Shown here one piece after another: positions 32,130 through 46,798 of a DNA stretch of 64,000 nt (positions are counted from its first letter, which is position 1; every line of letters begins with the position of its first letter). A program made the translations under genes and the position numbers. The DNA is from Eledone cirrhosa (lineage: Eukaryota). The stretch is from positions 18,600,001 through 18,664,000 of the forward strand of contig OZ024756.1 in assembly GCA_964016885.1 (NCBI GenBank). The letters run 5' to 3'. The notes beneath the pieces were generated by a model. That model ran no database searches. It saw nothing but the letters and a program-made list of their open reading frames with translations, and was not told the DNA's origin.

Positions 32130-32947
32130 TCATATTGACATACTGCGTTTCTAGGGCAATTTTAAACCTGGCAGAGCCCATCTCCCCCGCAGATATGGCA
32201 GATTTCTTCCAGAGTAGAATAGAGAGTGTGGGAGATAGTAAATGAGAAAGAGATATAGAGGAAGAATCTACGCCAGTACCTGACTGGTACTTTTTTTTTT
32301 TATCGGCTTCAATGGATGAAAGGCAAAGCTGACCTCGGTGGGATTTGAACTCAGAGAGCAGAGAGCTGAAACAAATACCACAAAGCATTCTATCCAACGT
32401 TGTTAACGACTCTGCCAATTCGCTGCATCGCCCTGTATGTGCATACGGATCCATAAGCCGCGATGGGATCGGAGGGGCAGCGTCGTGACACGTGGCGTAT
32501 CTTGGGCATCTAAAACCTGCTTCTAGCCCGTCCCCGTTCTATCCGACCTTCTGACGACTCTATCAATTCGCCGCCTAAGTTATATAATTGTTTCTACTTT
32601 TGGCACAAGGCCAGCAATTACCCAGTACATTACTGGCACTTTATTTTATCGACCCCCGTAAGGATGAAAGGCAAAGTTAACCTCGACGGGATTTGAACTC
32701 AAACCGTAAAGGGACGTAACTATGCTAGAAAGCATGGCGTCCAACCCTCTACTGATACTGCCAATTCACCACAAAATAAACATGAAAGAGACAGAGTATT
32801 TAAGATGTATGTATGGACAGATAATTCATGGTGGAGTCGTAAGTAGGCAGCATAGAGACACACGGTGTATTCCTGGGTATTTTAAACCTGGCAGAGCTGA
32901 TCCTCTGTCCTGGTTTGAGTACAGCTGATTTTTTCCAGAGAAGGAGT

Positions 32948-32981
<34 letters not shown>

Positions 32982-33370
32982 ATTGATCCCAGTACTAGAC
33001 TGGTACTTTTATAACAACCTCGAATGGATGAAAGGCAAAGTTGACCTCGACGGGATTTGAACTGAAAGACCAGAGAACCAAAACAAATACTACAAAACAT
33101 TCTAACATTCTAACAACTCTACCAATATTCTATAACCGAAAAGATTGAATAATGATTTCTAATTTAGGCACAAGGCCAGGGCGAGGGTGGTGGAGTGAGT
33201 GGGGGGAACGTTGATTATAACGTGTTTGATTATAAGTGTTCTACTGATACTTTATTTAAAACGACCCCGGAAGGATGAATGGCAAAGTTGAGCTCGGCGG
33301 GATTTGAACTCAGAACGTAAAGAATTGGATTAGATACCACAGAGATTTTCGTCAGACGCTCAAAATAGTT
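32130..33370 (-). mobile_element. Several older and younger SINE copies of related subfamilies
   Basis: Repeated ggatgaaaggcaaag.tgacctcg..gggatttgaactca blocks near 32315, 32663, 33025 and 33273. Confidence 0.75.
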
Positions 33371-33403
33371 TCACACTTCCCCGACCTTCACAAAGTTATA
33401 TAA

Positions 33404-33812
33404 TTGTTTCTACTTTTGGCACAAGGCCAGCAAAATACCTAGTGTATTACTGGTACTTTATTTTATCGACCCCCGTAAGGAGGAAAGGCAGAGTTAACCT
33501 CGTGTAATAATTGTTTCTACTTTTGGCACAAGGCCAGCAATTACCTAGTGTATTACTGGTACTTTATTTTACCGACCCCCGTAAGGAGGAAAGGCAGAGT
33601 TAACCTCGTGTAATAATTGTTTCTACTTTAGGCACAAGGCCAGCAATTACCCAGTGTATTACTGGTACTTTATTTTACCGACCCCGTAAGGAGGAAAGGC
33701 AAAGTTAACCTCGTGTAATAATTGTTTCTACTTTAGGCACAAGGCCAGCAATTACCTAGTGTATTACTGGTACTTTATTTTACCGACCCCCGTAAGGATG
33801 AAAGGCAAAGTT
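33404..33812 (-). mobile_element. Four tandem, about 106-bp SINE 3' fragments inside one direct repeat
   Basis: Units start at 33404, 33511, 33617 and 33722; caaagttatataat occurs at 33391 and 33806. Confidence 0.85.
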
Positions 33813-34032
33813 ATATAATGCCACGACATAACATTAGAAAAATATAAAAAAAATTACATGAACGAGTTCAAGGATTACACACACATACACACAAACAAGC
33901 ACACACACACACACACACACACATAAACATACACACACACACATACACACGTACATATACTGGCTATTTTTCTTGTTTGTTTAATCGTAGAACATGTATG
34001 TATGTATGTATGTACACACACACACATACGTG

Positions 34033-34066
<34 letters not shown>

Positions 34067-34236
34067 AATTGAAGATATGCAAAATCCCGACCGCGGTGCC
34101 AAGCGGACTTCCCAGTCTCAGACCTGCGGACTCTCTTTCTCTCTATATATGGCAAAATATTTGTTAGTTAAATACCGTTACTATTTAACGCACACACACA
34201 CGCACACACACACACAAACACACACACACACACACG

Positions 34237-34346
<110 letters not shown>

Positions 34347-34690
34347 TATATAATTTACTCATATCTGGAACGAATCCACCTTCTTCAGTCATTGAACCAG
34401 TGAGGAGTGGAAACCGAGAAATACGAATGAAAAGAAAGCAATAAGAACACTGAATTATCACGCAATAGAAAGTTTATTTCACTAAATATTTTAAACCTTT
34501 CCCATACCGGTTTAGCTATTGCAGGGCGACTGTGGGCTGATGACGTTCGACCTCGCAGTACCAGTAGAGTGGGTTGGTTTTAATTTTAGCTTTTACGTCA
34601 TACCGTATTTTTTGAAGTGTTAACATTTTGGTTTAAATTCATTACTTAGTTACAAGTTTCAGGTTTTTGTTGATTAGATATAACCATACA

Positions 34691-34880
34691 ATTGTTTCTA
34701 CGTTAGGCACAATAGCCAGCAAATACCCAGTGCATTACTGGTACTTTATTTTATCGACCCCGTAAGGATGAAAGGCAAAGTTAACCTCAGCGGGATTTGA
34801 ACTCAAACCATAAAGGGCCGTAAGTCTTTGCTGCAAAGCATGGCGTCCGACCCTCTACCGATACTGCCAATCCACCGCCT

Positions 34881-34913
<33 letters not shown>

Positions 34914-35100
34914 TGTTTCTACTTTTGGCACAAGGCCAGCAATTGCCCAGTGCATTACTGGTACTTTATTTTATTGACCCCGTAAGGATGAAAGGCAAAG
35001 TTAACCTCAGCGGGATTTGAACTCAGACCATAAAGGGCCGTAAGTCTTTGCTGCAAAGCATGACGTCCGACCCTCTACCGATACTGCCAATCCACCGCCC
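34691..35100 (-). mobile_element. Head-to-tail SINE dimer separated by (AAT)n
   Basis: Two near-identical full-length copies; atataaccata flanks the pair on both sides. Confidence 0.85.
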
Positions 35101-35319
35101 TTATATAACCATATAACCATATAATGAGATATAATGTATAAAGTATATTTTAGTGGATAGTTTTGGTTACAGCAGCCATTGTTGAAATGTGTTATACGTA
35201 TCTTTTATATTTTGTAACTGATTAAATTGTATTTTGTATGTTATGTCTTGGGGTGTTTACGTTTGTTGTATTCGTTTACTTTTATTTTGTCGCTGAGTAA
35301 CGTTAAGTATGTGTGTGAG

Positions 35320-35408
<89 letters not shown>

Positions 35409-35577
35409 GAAGTAATTCCGTCGGAAAAGTTCAGGAAAAAAGAGTGCTCTATGTAGGTAACAGAGCTTAATAGTTATGTAATAAACAACATAAGGCAATT
35501 ATTCCATTTACCAGTGGTTTCTTAAAGGCAAAAAATTTTGCTTTCAATCATCAGAATGAAAAAGACCAGGATTTTTT

Positions 35578-35631
35578 CATTCTGATGATTGAAAGCAAAA
35601 TTTTTTGCCTTTAAGAAACCACTGGTAAATG
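35578..35631 (+). ncRNA. Canonical type I hammerhead ribozyme, mirrored at 35506-35559, in a foldback insert (about 35405-35666)
   Basis: catt CTGATGA ttgaaagcaaaa/ttttgcctttaa GAAAC cactg GTA aatg. Confidence 0.85.
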
Positions 35632-35659
35632 GAATAATTGCCTTATGTTGTTTATTACA

Positions 35660-35694
<35 letters not shown>

Positions 35695-35802
35695 GTTTGG
35701 AGTTAGAAGGCTAGAACAATGCAGGTATGGCTATAGAATATAAATACAAATGCAAAAGATATTGCTGACAATTAGTCTTTTACCTTAAATTTATTTGAAT
35801 AT

Positions 35803-35840
35803 CCTTAATTTTCGAGATAATATCTCTTCTTCTTCAGAGG
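35803..35840 (-). ncRNA. Minimal hammerhead ribozyme
   Basis: Minus strand: cct CTGAAGA agaa gagata-t-tatctc GAAA att A agg. Confidence 0.55.
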
Positions 35841-35973
35841 GAAGTAAATGGGTTAATCCAGTGTTCTAATTAGCTTGCCAAGTCATGCTGACAGGATGAC
35901 TTGGCAAGCTAATTAGAACACTGGAATTGAATAATCAAGACCGTAGCGGGATGTCATATATCAAATCATATAT

Positions 35974-36033
35974 TTTGTCTGATGAGGACGTACTGAAAAA
36001 ACAACACAGTACCTTTGAAATATATATAATAAA
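35974..36033 (+). ncRNA. Minimal hammerhead ribozyme (family B, same as 55538-55601)
   Basis: tttgt CTGATGA ggacgtactg...cagtaccttt GAAA tatatat A ataaa. Confidence 0.7.
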
Positions 36034-36080
36034 GTATATATTTTGATTATGGGAATATTTTTCATCAATTAATATTTTGA

Positions 36081-36115
<35 letters not shown>

Positions 36116-36127
36116 ATATATATATAT

Positions 36128-36268
36128 GAGTCCAGAAATAGCCGTCGAAACGGCTTGAGCTCTGCCGTCGGGGTCATACTTTTTCCTATTTCCCACTCTA
36201 CTACCCTAAGTATTGAGTACTCTGGTGCGTTGTGGTCCATCTGGTTCCTTACCACAATTCCTTTGTTA
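36128..36268 (+). mobile_element. Family A insert in (TA)n: 3' half of an HHR plus tail
   Basis: GAAACGGC-ttgagctct-GCCGTC-gggg. Homologous to 16967-17082, 17391-17448, 53498-53710 and 6942-7131. Confidence 0.7.
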
Positions 36269-36294
36269 TATGTATGTATATATATGTAATTATA

Positions 36295-36325
<31 letters not shown>

Positions 36326-36388
36326 GTATGTATGTATATGTATGTATATGTATATATATGTATGTATATGTATATATATGTATGTATG

Positions 36389-36426
<38 letters not shown>

Positions 36427-36711
36427 TATACGTTCTGGTTTTATAATTTCACAAACATATGTAAGACGTACATACACATATGTAAGACATATACACACAC
36501 ATATGTAAGACACATCACACACACATGTAAGACATATACATACACATATGTAAGACATATACACACACATATGTAAGACATATACATACACACACATTTG
36601 CTATTCTGTACAGCGGGTTATGGAGGACATTTGTAAACTGCACCACGAAAATACCGCTTGATGTTGTGAGGGAATTACACACACACATGCACATACCGAC
36701 ACCGACACACA

Positions 36712-36793
<82 letters not shown>

Positions 36794-36936
36794 TACACAC
36801 ACACACACATATATATGTATGTAAGTATATATGTATATATAGATAGATAGATATATAAATATGTATATATAAATATATATATATATAGAATAAGGAAAAA
36901 CGAAGTAGTTTCAGATGTTCAAGTCTTTTAATAATA

Positions 36937-37120
36937 ATTGTTTCTACTTTAGGCACAAGGCCAGCAATCACCAGTTCATTACTGGTACTTTATTTTATCG
37001 ACCCCGTAAGGATCAAAGGCAAAGTCAACCTCGGCGGGATTTGAACTCAGATCGTAAAGGGACGTAACTATGCTGGAAAGCATGGCGTCCGACCCTCTAC
37101 CGATACTGCCAATCCACGGC
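36937..37120 (-). mobile_element. Full-length young SINE with target-site duplication
   Basis: caagtcttttaataataat occurs at 36920 and 37121. Confidence 0.9.
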
Positions 37121-37279
37121 CAAGTCTTTTAATAATAATGCTGTGATATATATTTCAATGACGACACTGGCCACACTGTTCTGTGTGCGAGTGTCGTGAC
37201 ATCATCAGACAGCTTGTTACATAATAAGGTTATGTTTCCGAGGCAATCCAAATTGAATCGACATGGGAACAGACGAAGT

Positions 37280-40648
<3,369 letters not shown>

Positions 40649-41039
40649 TTAGTTAAGCAAAACAAGACCACAAATTTCACAAGGAAGACATTATTAAAAG
40701 ATTGTCAACATATTTTAGTTTGATGTAAGGAATGTAGAGAATAATAATAATATTAATAATAATAATGTTCGTTTACAATTGTTTCGCTACTCCATATAAT
40801 ATTTCTGGATCAAATGACTATATATCATAATTGATCTGGTTCAGTTGAAAATAATTAACATATTTAAAAGACAGAGCAGTTCATCGGGACTCCAAATGAA
40901 TATAAATTAAAATAATGAGAGAATGTTACATAATATAATGTTCCATATATTGGTTTTTCACTATGGTCTCTTGGTTGCATCAGTTGTCAGCCATAATCAA
41001 GCAGTATTCATCTGTCGAGGCTGCATTGTGTGTGATCTG

Positions 41040-43020
41040 CCTATGGGTAACAAGCCTTGTTCCATGCACTTCTCCTGGAGCTGTCTAGCTGAGAAGATCA
41101 TATCAGTAGTGCCGCGTCCAGCACGAAAACCAGATTGACTTTCAGGAAGAACACAATCTGCAATGTGTGTCAGCAGACGGTCCAGAAGCACCCTACATAA
41201 AACTTTCCCTACGACAGAAAGCAATGATATACCTCTGTAGTTCCCACAATCATTCCTGTTACCCTTTCCCTTTTACAAGACCACCATTACTGCATCTCTC
41301 CAGTCTTCAGGTACGGATTCATTAGCCCATATCCTGCCAAACAAAGAGTGAAGATGTTGCAGGAGTCTCTCACCACCATATTGTAGGAGCTCAGCATGTA
41401 TGCCATCCATACCTGGAGATCTTCCACTGTTCAGCTTCGAAATAGCCACTGCAACCTCCACAAGCGTCGGAGGTTCTGCGAGAGCTACTTTCACAGGACT
41501 TTCTGGAATGAGATTGAGGAAATCTTCACTGACGACAGACGGCTGATTCAAAAGATCATCAAAGTGCTCTCGCCACCTTCGTAGAATTCCTTGTGAGTCA
41601 CGAAGAAGTTCTTTGCCATCCTTGCTGCGAAGCGGTGTCACCAGAGAAGAAGACGGTCCATAAACCTCACGCAAGAGACTGTACAACAGCTTTGTGTTAT
41701 TGGAATCTGACGCAGTTTGTATCTCACCAGCCTTCTCACTCCACCACTGATCCTTCATCTGAGAAAGACTCCGCCTAACACGTGATTTTACATCCTTGAG
41801 TTCCTCATGCAACGTATTCCTCTCCTGTAGTTTTGCCGTCAAGTAGCGTGACAGAGCACGCCTCTTATCAGCCAACAAGTCTTCTATATGTACATCATTC
41901 TCATTAAACCAGTCCTGATGTTTTCTCTGCACCAATCCCAGAACACGCCTGCCTACATCATAAACCGACTTTTTAAGGGTCGGCCAATCCTCACCAAGAT
42001 CTGCAGCCTGCATCTCTTCTTCCAATGTCCTCTTCACATTTTTATCATTAAGACGAGCAGCATTCAATCTTTTGGGCAGGGTAACACCAGGAGCCCGGAT
42101 TTTACGTTTAGTGATTAGTTTCACTTTTGCGCATACCAGGCGGTGGTCCGTCCAGCACTCAGCTCCACGAAGAGCACGAACACACTGCACATCCTGTCTG
42201 TCACGCATCCTGACTAGGACGTAGTCCAAAAGATGCCATTCCTTAGATGCAGGATGCATCCATGTGGTCTTGAATTTGTTCTTTTGTTGGAACATGGTGT
42301 TGGTAACACACAGATCCAGCTCCTCACACATCTGCAGCAGGAGCATACCATTGTTGTTACACTTTCCAACCCCATGCCTTCCGATTACATTCCATCTGTT
42401 AAAATCCCTACCCACTCTAGCATTAAAGTCACGAAGCACGATGACTTTGTCTGCCTGAGGGATATTTCTTAAAACACCTTTCAAGGCATGGTAAAAGGAC
42501 ACTTTTTCTTCATCGACAGAATTCATAGTTGGAGCATACACACTCACCAGGGTCGCGTATCTTCCCTTGTCCAGCGGAATTCTCATGGACATAAGACGCT
42601 CACTAATCCCTACTGGGAATTCTTCTAATTTATTCACAAGTACAGTCTTAACAGCAAATCCTACCCCAGCCTCTCTTCTGATTCCTTCATCTCTTCCTTT
42701 CCAGAAGAATGTATATTCTCCTCAAAATTCTGTAAGATGACCATCTCCAGCTAACCTCGTCTCAGATAAAGCCACGATGTCAAGATCGTAACGTCGAAGC
42801 TCCTTTGCAACAAGAGTGGGCCTTCGTTCAGGACGCTCCAAGGAATCCCTGTCAAGCAGCGTCCGTACGTTCCAGCAGCCAAGACTAAATGCCTTGTTTG
42901 GCTCTATTACAATGGCACGATGACGAGCGGGCCCAGGCTGTGATAACCTGGGGCCCCTGCCCTTATCGCCAATTATCTTTTTTGTTCCAGAACCTAAATT
43001 GCCAATTATCTCTTTTATAT
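41040..43020 (-). mobile_element. Disrupted RTE-clade (BovB-like) LINE: APE endonuclease and start of RT, with the remainder deleted
   Basis: LGCWNVRTLLD...RRPTLVAKELRRYDLDIVALSETRL; VYAPTM; DFNARVG; TWMHPASKEWHLLDYVL; TDHRLV; SPGMDGIHAE; NYRGISLLSVVGK; LPESQSGFRAGRGTTDMIFSARQLQEKC. Frame breaks near 42722 and 41273. Confidence 0.92.
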
Positions 43021-43361
43021 TGTTCTGGAACATCATTGAATTGGAAAAAAAAAAAAAAAAAAAAAAAGTAATAATAATAGTAACAATAATAATAATAATA
43101 ATGATTTCATTTATTGGCCACAAGGGCCGACATATAGGGGACAACACAATAGACAGGGACAGTGGGGGTTTACATAGAGATCGAGTAAGTATAAATAACA
43201 AAAAAACAAAAACAAAATAACAATAAAAATACAACAATGAAAGTTCCCCAATAAGAGGGATCACCACCCAGGGTTGACTCAAGCACCCCACCAGTCCTGA
43301 GCCACCCGACGCTCCTAGGGCACCCGGGAAGGGCACCCCTCTCCTTCTCGAATTCACCAGC

Positions 43362-46300
43362 CTACAGGCGCATGATCAGAGTAGGCCCACTCACGCGGGC
43401 CATTCTCGCCACATTCACCCACCTTTCAGTAAATGTACTGGGGGGCAGCACTTCTCTCTCCACCCTCACCTTCCTTTCCAAGTGAAACTTGAAGAAGTTG
43501 ATGAGGGATTGGCCGAAGAGAAAAGTGTCTGTCTTCAGTCCTTTCAACCTGGTCCACCATGCAACCTCTTTCGCTACTGCCACCAGGCAGAGGAAAATTG
43601 CCTGCCCTTCCTGACCAAAAGAAGGCGGCGGGTCAATCTTCACTATGGACTCGGACGATAGCCGGATCCGTTCTACACGCGACAATAGCTGTTCGACATA
43701 ACCCCACAAGTCAGCAATGCACGGACACTGGACGAGTGCGTGCAGAACGGTTTCGTCGCTCTGCGCGCATCTCGGGCAGGTTCGTCTGACAGCACTTCCG
43801 TGCCTGTAGAGTTTATCCCGAACCGGCAGCGCCCCCCGGTAGCACTGCCAAGCGAGGGATTTCTGGAAGTTATCCATCGTCCCCGGCTCGAAAGTCCTCC
43901 GGAACATACTGGTCAGTTCTACTTCGTTGACGCCCAGAGCCTCTCCTAGTACGTCATCGCACTTGCCCTCCACTAATCCTCTATAGAAATCTTGAGTGGA
44001 AGTTCCACTGACCGCATTGCCCACCTTGCAGAGTGCAGTGAGCGCCTGGCAACATTCCAGATGCCAGTCGCCCAGTCTCGGTCTCTTCTTGACCCAGGAC
44101 TGCAGCTCAGTCAAAGAGATGAGCTGCGGAAAGGCCCGTCTAACAAACGGCGACCACACCTGTTCACCGTTTAGGCAAAATATCTGGAGATGTCGCAGCC
44201 TCAGCGCATGTCTGCGCATCATTAGCCACGGCATGCCCAGCCCTCCACGAAGAGGGTGCTGGCAGCAGATGGACCGCCTCACCAACGGGACCCGTCCCCT
44301 CCACAAAAATTTGAAAAGGAGCCGTTCCAAATTGGCGAGGCGTGGACGGGGGCAAGGCACGACGGTCAGGCGGTAGTAGATGACGGACGCGATGTACGCG
44401 TTCGCCACCTCCGCCCGCCCTTTCAGTGATAGCTTTCTCTCAGCCCATTTCTGGGTGAGGTTGGCTATCCTGCTCGTCACCTCGTCCCAATTCTTATCCA
44501 CCTGGAGGTCTGGTCCGAACCAAACCCCGAGCAACTTTACCGGTCCGTCTGTCCAGCGCCCAACGACGCTGTTGGACGGCATGGACTTGCCTCTCCAGGT
44601 GCCGAGCTGCAAGCCCACCGACTTTTCCGGGTTAAGTTTTGCTCCCGTCAACCTTTCATATTCCTCCAAATGGGTGCGGATCACCTCGATTTCCGAGGTG
44701 TCCGACACCATCACGGTGATGTCGTCCGCATAAGCGGACGCAGCCTTTCTACGTCCCGGTTCGAGCGGGATGCCCTGCAACAACTCCAGCTTCCGCAGTA
44801 GAGGCTCAAGAGTCAATACGTACAGAAGTGAGGAGAGAGGGCACCCTTGACGGACCGATCGAGAGATCTGAAACGGTTCCGAGAGGTGGCCATTAACTTT
44901 GACCACCGAGCGGATGCCGCTGTACATTGCAGCGATCCAGCTTCTGAAGACGGGGCCGAAGCCAGCCGCCTCGAGGACAGCCTCCAAGTACCGATGGTCG
45001 ACCCTATCGAATGCTTTCGATTGATCTAAATTGATCAGAGCCCCACCGAAGCCAGGTTTGCACCCAACCCTCTCTATGATGTATCGCATGAGGTGGAGGT
45101 TGTCGTGTATGGACCTGGTCGGGATTGCGCAAGTTTGCGCCTCCCCAACCAAATCTTTGACGACAAGCGCCAACCTTTTCGCTAACACCTTGGCCAAAAT
45201 CTTAAACTCTGTGTTGAGCAGGGTTATGGGCCTGAAATTATCTAGTGTGTCCCTCTTGTTCTCGTCTTTCCTTATCAGCGTCACTACGCCACGGCTCACA
45301 GAACTGGGAATGCTCCCGTTCTGCTGCCAGTTGCAGTAGAGCGCTTCGAGGAGATCGGAGAACAAGTCTGGCATATTTACGTAAAGCTCGTAGGGCAGAC
45401 CATCCAAACCGGGTGACTTGCGACTCGAGCAGCCGACAAGGGCGTCCTGAATTTCGGCTGATGTTATCGGCTCTTCGCAGCGCTCAGCGTCGGCCGTCGA
45501 GAGGCGTGGCAAGCCGTCGAGGTAGGGACTGAAGTCCGCCGCCGTCTCCGACTCACCCATCCTCCCGAACAATCGAGCAAAGTGCTGGCGAAAGGCCTCA
45601 CACATCTGCTTGGAATCGCTCAGTTCGTGTCCATCTCGATCCGTCAAAGACCGAATTGTGGTTTTATTTCCACGCTGCGTCTCTGCAAAGCGAGCCCATC
45701 GGGCAGCTTTGGTTCCCTCGTTCCTCAGAGCACGCGCCTTAGCTCTGACAATGCAACCTTCGTGTTTCGCATTGAAGAAATGGTCTAGTGCCATTCTCGC
45801 CGCTAGCACGTCTGTTGCAATGCCACTACAAATAGCCTCGTCTAACTTAGCTATCAGCCCCTCCTCCTTTCTATTTTTCTCTATTGCTACTTCTTTGCTA
45901 AATCCTATCGAGGTTGCTCTAATCTCTCTTTTGAGTGCCCCCCACCACCTGTTGTTGACAACCCCCCCTGTCAACTTTTGCTTAACTAAGTTGTTGACCC
46001 GGTCCCTGTAAGCTTTACGTGCCGGAAACGACATGTTTAGCTTCCAGTAGCTACGTGTCTTATCTAGGTCGACCATACAGATCACAAGCTTGTGATCTGA
46101 ATAGGCAACCGTTTTAAAATGTGGACATCCTACACTATTTCTATCTCTTTTCCTAATGAAAATCCTATCTATGTACGATCTAGATGACCCTATGCGATTG
46201 GTCCAGGTCCATACTGGCGCATTAGGGAAATCTAGTCGGTACCTGTCAGACAGTTGAAACTGGCTGATCAGGTACTTGAGGCTTTTGCACCCCCCGCTCC

Positions 46301-46769
46301 TATCAGATACTCCCACACAATCCCAGCGTGCTTCTAAGATGCCATTCCAATCCCCTATTAACAGTAAAGGGCGAGACGTAAGCAGAAAGTTTTCCAGGCG
46401 CCTAAAGAAGTCCGGCCGACCGGCCCCAGTAGGGGCGTAGACGGCCACCAGTCTAAAGGCACCACCTTCGCTATTGCTCACGTCCAGGACCACCAACTTT
46501 CCGTCAGGATCCCGGAAGATTGACCTTACCTCGAGATCCAGACATTTCCTAAACAGCACAGCCACTCCACCTCCCATTCCCGGCCGACTAACAGATGCAA
46601 AGATCTGATAATCGTCGAAAATCGGCGCCAGTGCGCGTGTGTCGGAAATTCTGGTCTCGCTGATGGCAATTACATCCATTCCTAGTGACCTGAGGTCGTT
46701 GAGCAAGTGACCTTGCTTCCAGGGCGACCCCAGGCCACGAACATTTAAACTTCCTACTCTTATGGCCAT
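43362..46769 (-). CDS. LINE ORF2: APE endonuclease, reverse transcriptase and C-terminal zinc finger (1135 aa)
   Basis: SLNVRGL, ISET, VYAP, GDWN, SYIDRIF, SDHK; KSPGLDGLPYE, NFRPITLLNTEFK, LDQSKAFDRVDH, SVRQGCPLS, YADD; CPRC...ETVLHALVQC. Confidence 0.95.
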   Translation of the reverse strand: MAIRVGSLNVRGLGSPWKQGHLLNDLRSLGMDVIAISETRISDTRALAPIFDDYQIFASVSRPGMGGGVAVLFRKCLDLEVRSIFRDPDGKLVVLDVSNSEGGAFRLVAVYAPTGAGRPDFFRRLENFLLTSRPLLLIGDWNGILEARWDCVGVSDRSGGCKSLKYLISQFQLSDRYRLDFPNAPVWTWTNRIGSSRSYIDRIFIRKRDRNSVGCPHFKTVAYSDHKLVICMVDLDKTRSYWKLNMSFPARKAYRDRVNNLVKQKLTGGVVNNRWWGALKREIRATSIGFSKEVAIEKNRKEEGLIAKLDEAICSGIATDVLAARMALDHFFNAKHEGCIVRAKARALRNEGTKAARWARFAETQRGNKTTIRSLTDRDGHELSDSKQMCEAFRQHFARLFGRMGESETAADFSPYLDGLPRLSTADAERCEEPITSAEIQDALVGCSSRKSPGLDGLPYELYVNMPDLFSDLLEALYCNWQQNGSIPSSVSRGVVTLIRKDENKRDTLDNFRPITLLNTEFKILAKVLAKRLALVVKDLVGEAQTCAIPTRSIHDNLHLMRYIIERVGCKPGFGGALINLDQSKAFDRVDHRYLEAVLEAAGFGPVFRSWIAAMYSGIRSVVKVNGHLSEPFQISRSVRQGCPLSSLLYVLTLEPLLRKLELLQGIPLEPGRRKAASAYADDITVMVSDTSEIEVIRTHLEEYERLTGAKLNPEKSVGLQLGTWRGKSMPSNSVVGRWTDGPVKLLGVWFGPDLQVDKNWDEVTSRIANLTQKWAERKLSLKGRAEVANAYIASVIYYRLTVVPCPRPRLANLERLLFKFLWRGRVPLVRRSICCQHPLRGGLGMPWLMMRRHALRLRHLQIFCLNGEQVWSPFVRRAFPQLISLTELQSWVKKRPRLGDWHLECCQALTALCKVGNAVSGTSTQDFYRGLVEGKCDDVLGEALGVNEVELTSMFRRTFEPGTMDNFQKSLAWQCYRGALPVRDKLYRHGSAVRRTCPRCAQSDETVLHALVQCPCIADLWGYVEQLLSRVERIRLSSESIVKIDPPPSFGQEGQAIFLCLVAVAKEVAWWTRLKGLKTDTFLFGQSLINFFKFHLERKVRVEREVLPPSTFTERWVNVARMARVSGPTLIMRL

Positions 46770-46798
46770 GCTGGCAGGATGAATGGGAGAGGAAAGGT

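Noticed and set aside
42722-43357. 211-aa ORF appearing to link the Tx1 3' UTR to the RTE endonuclease
   Set aside because: Chance in-frame read-through across the microsatellite and poly-T junction; only the last about 70 aa are RTE-derived.
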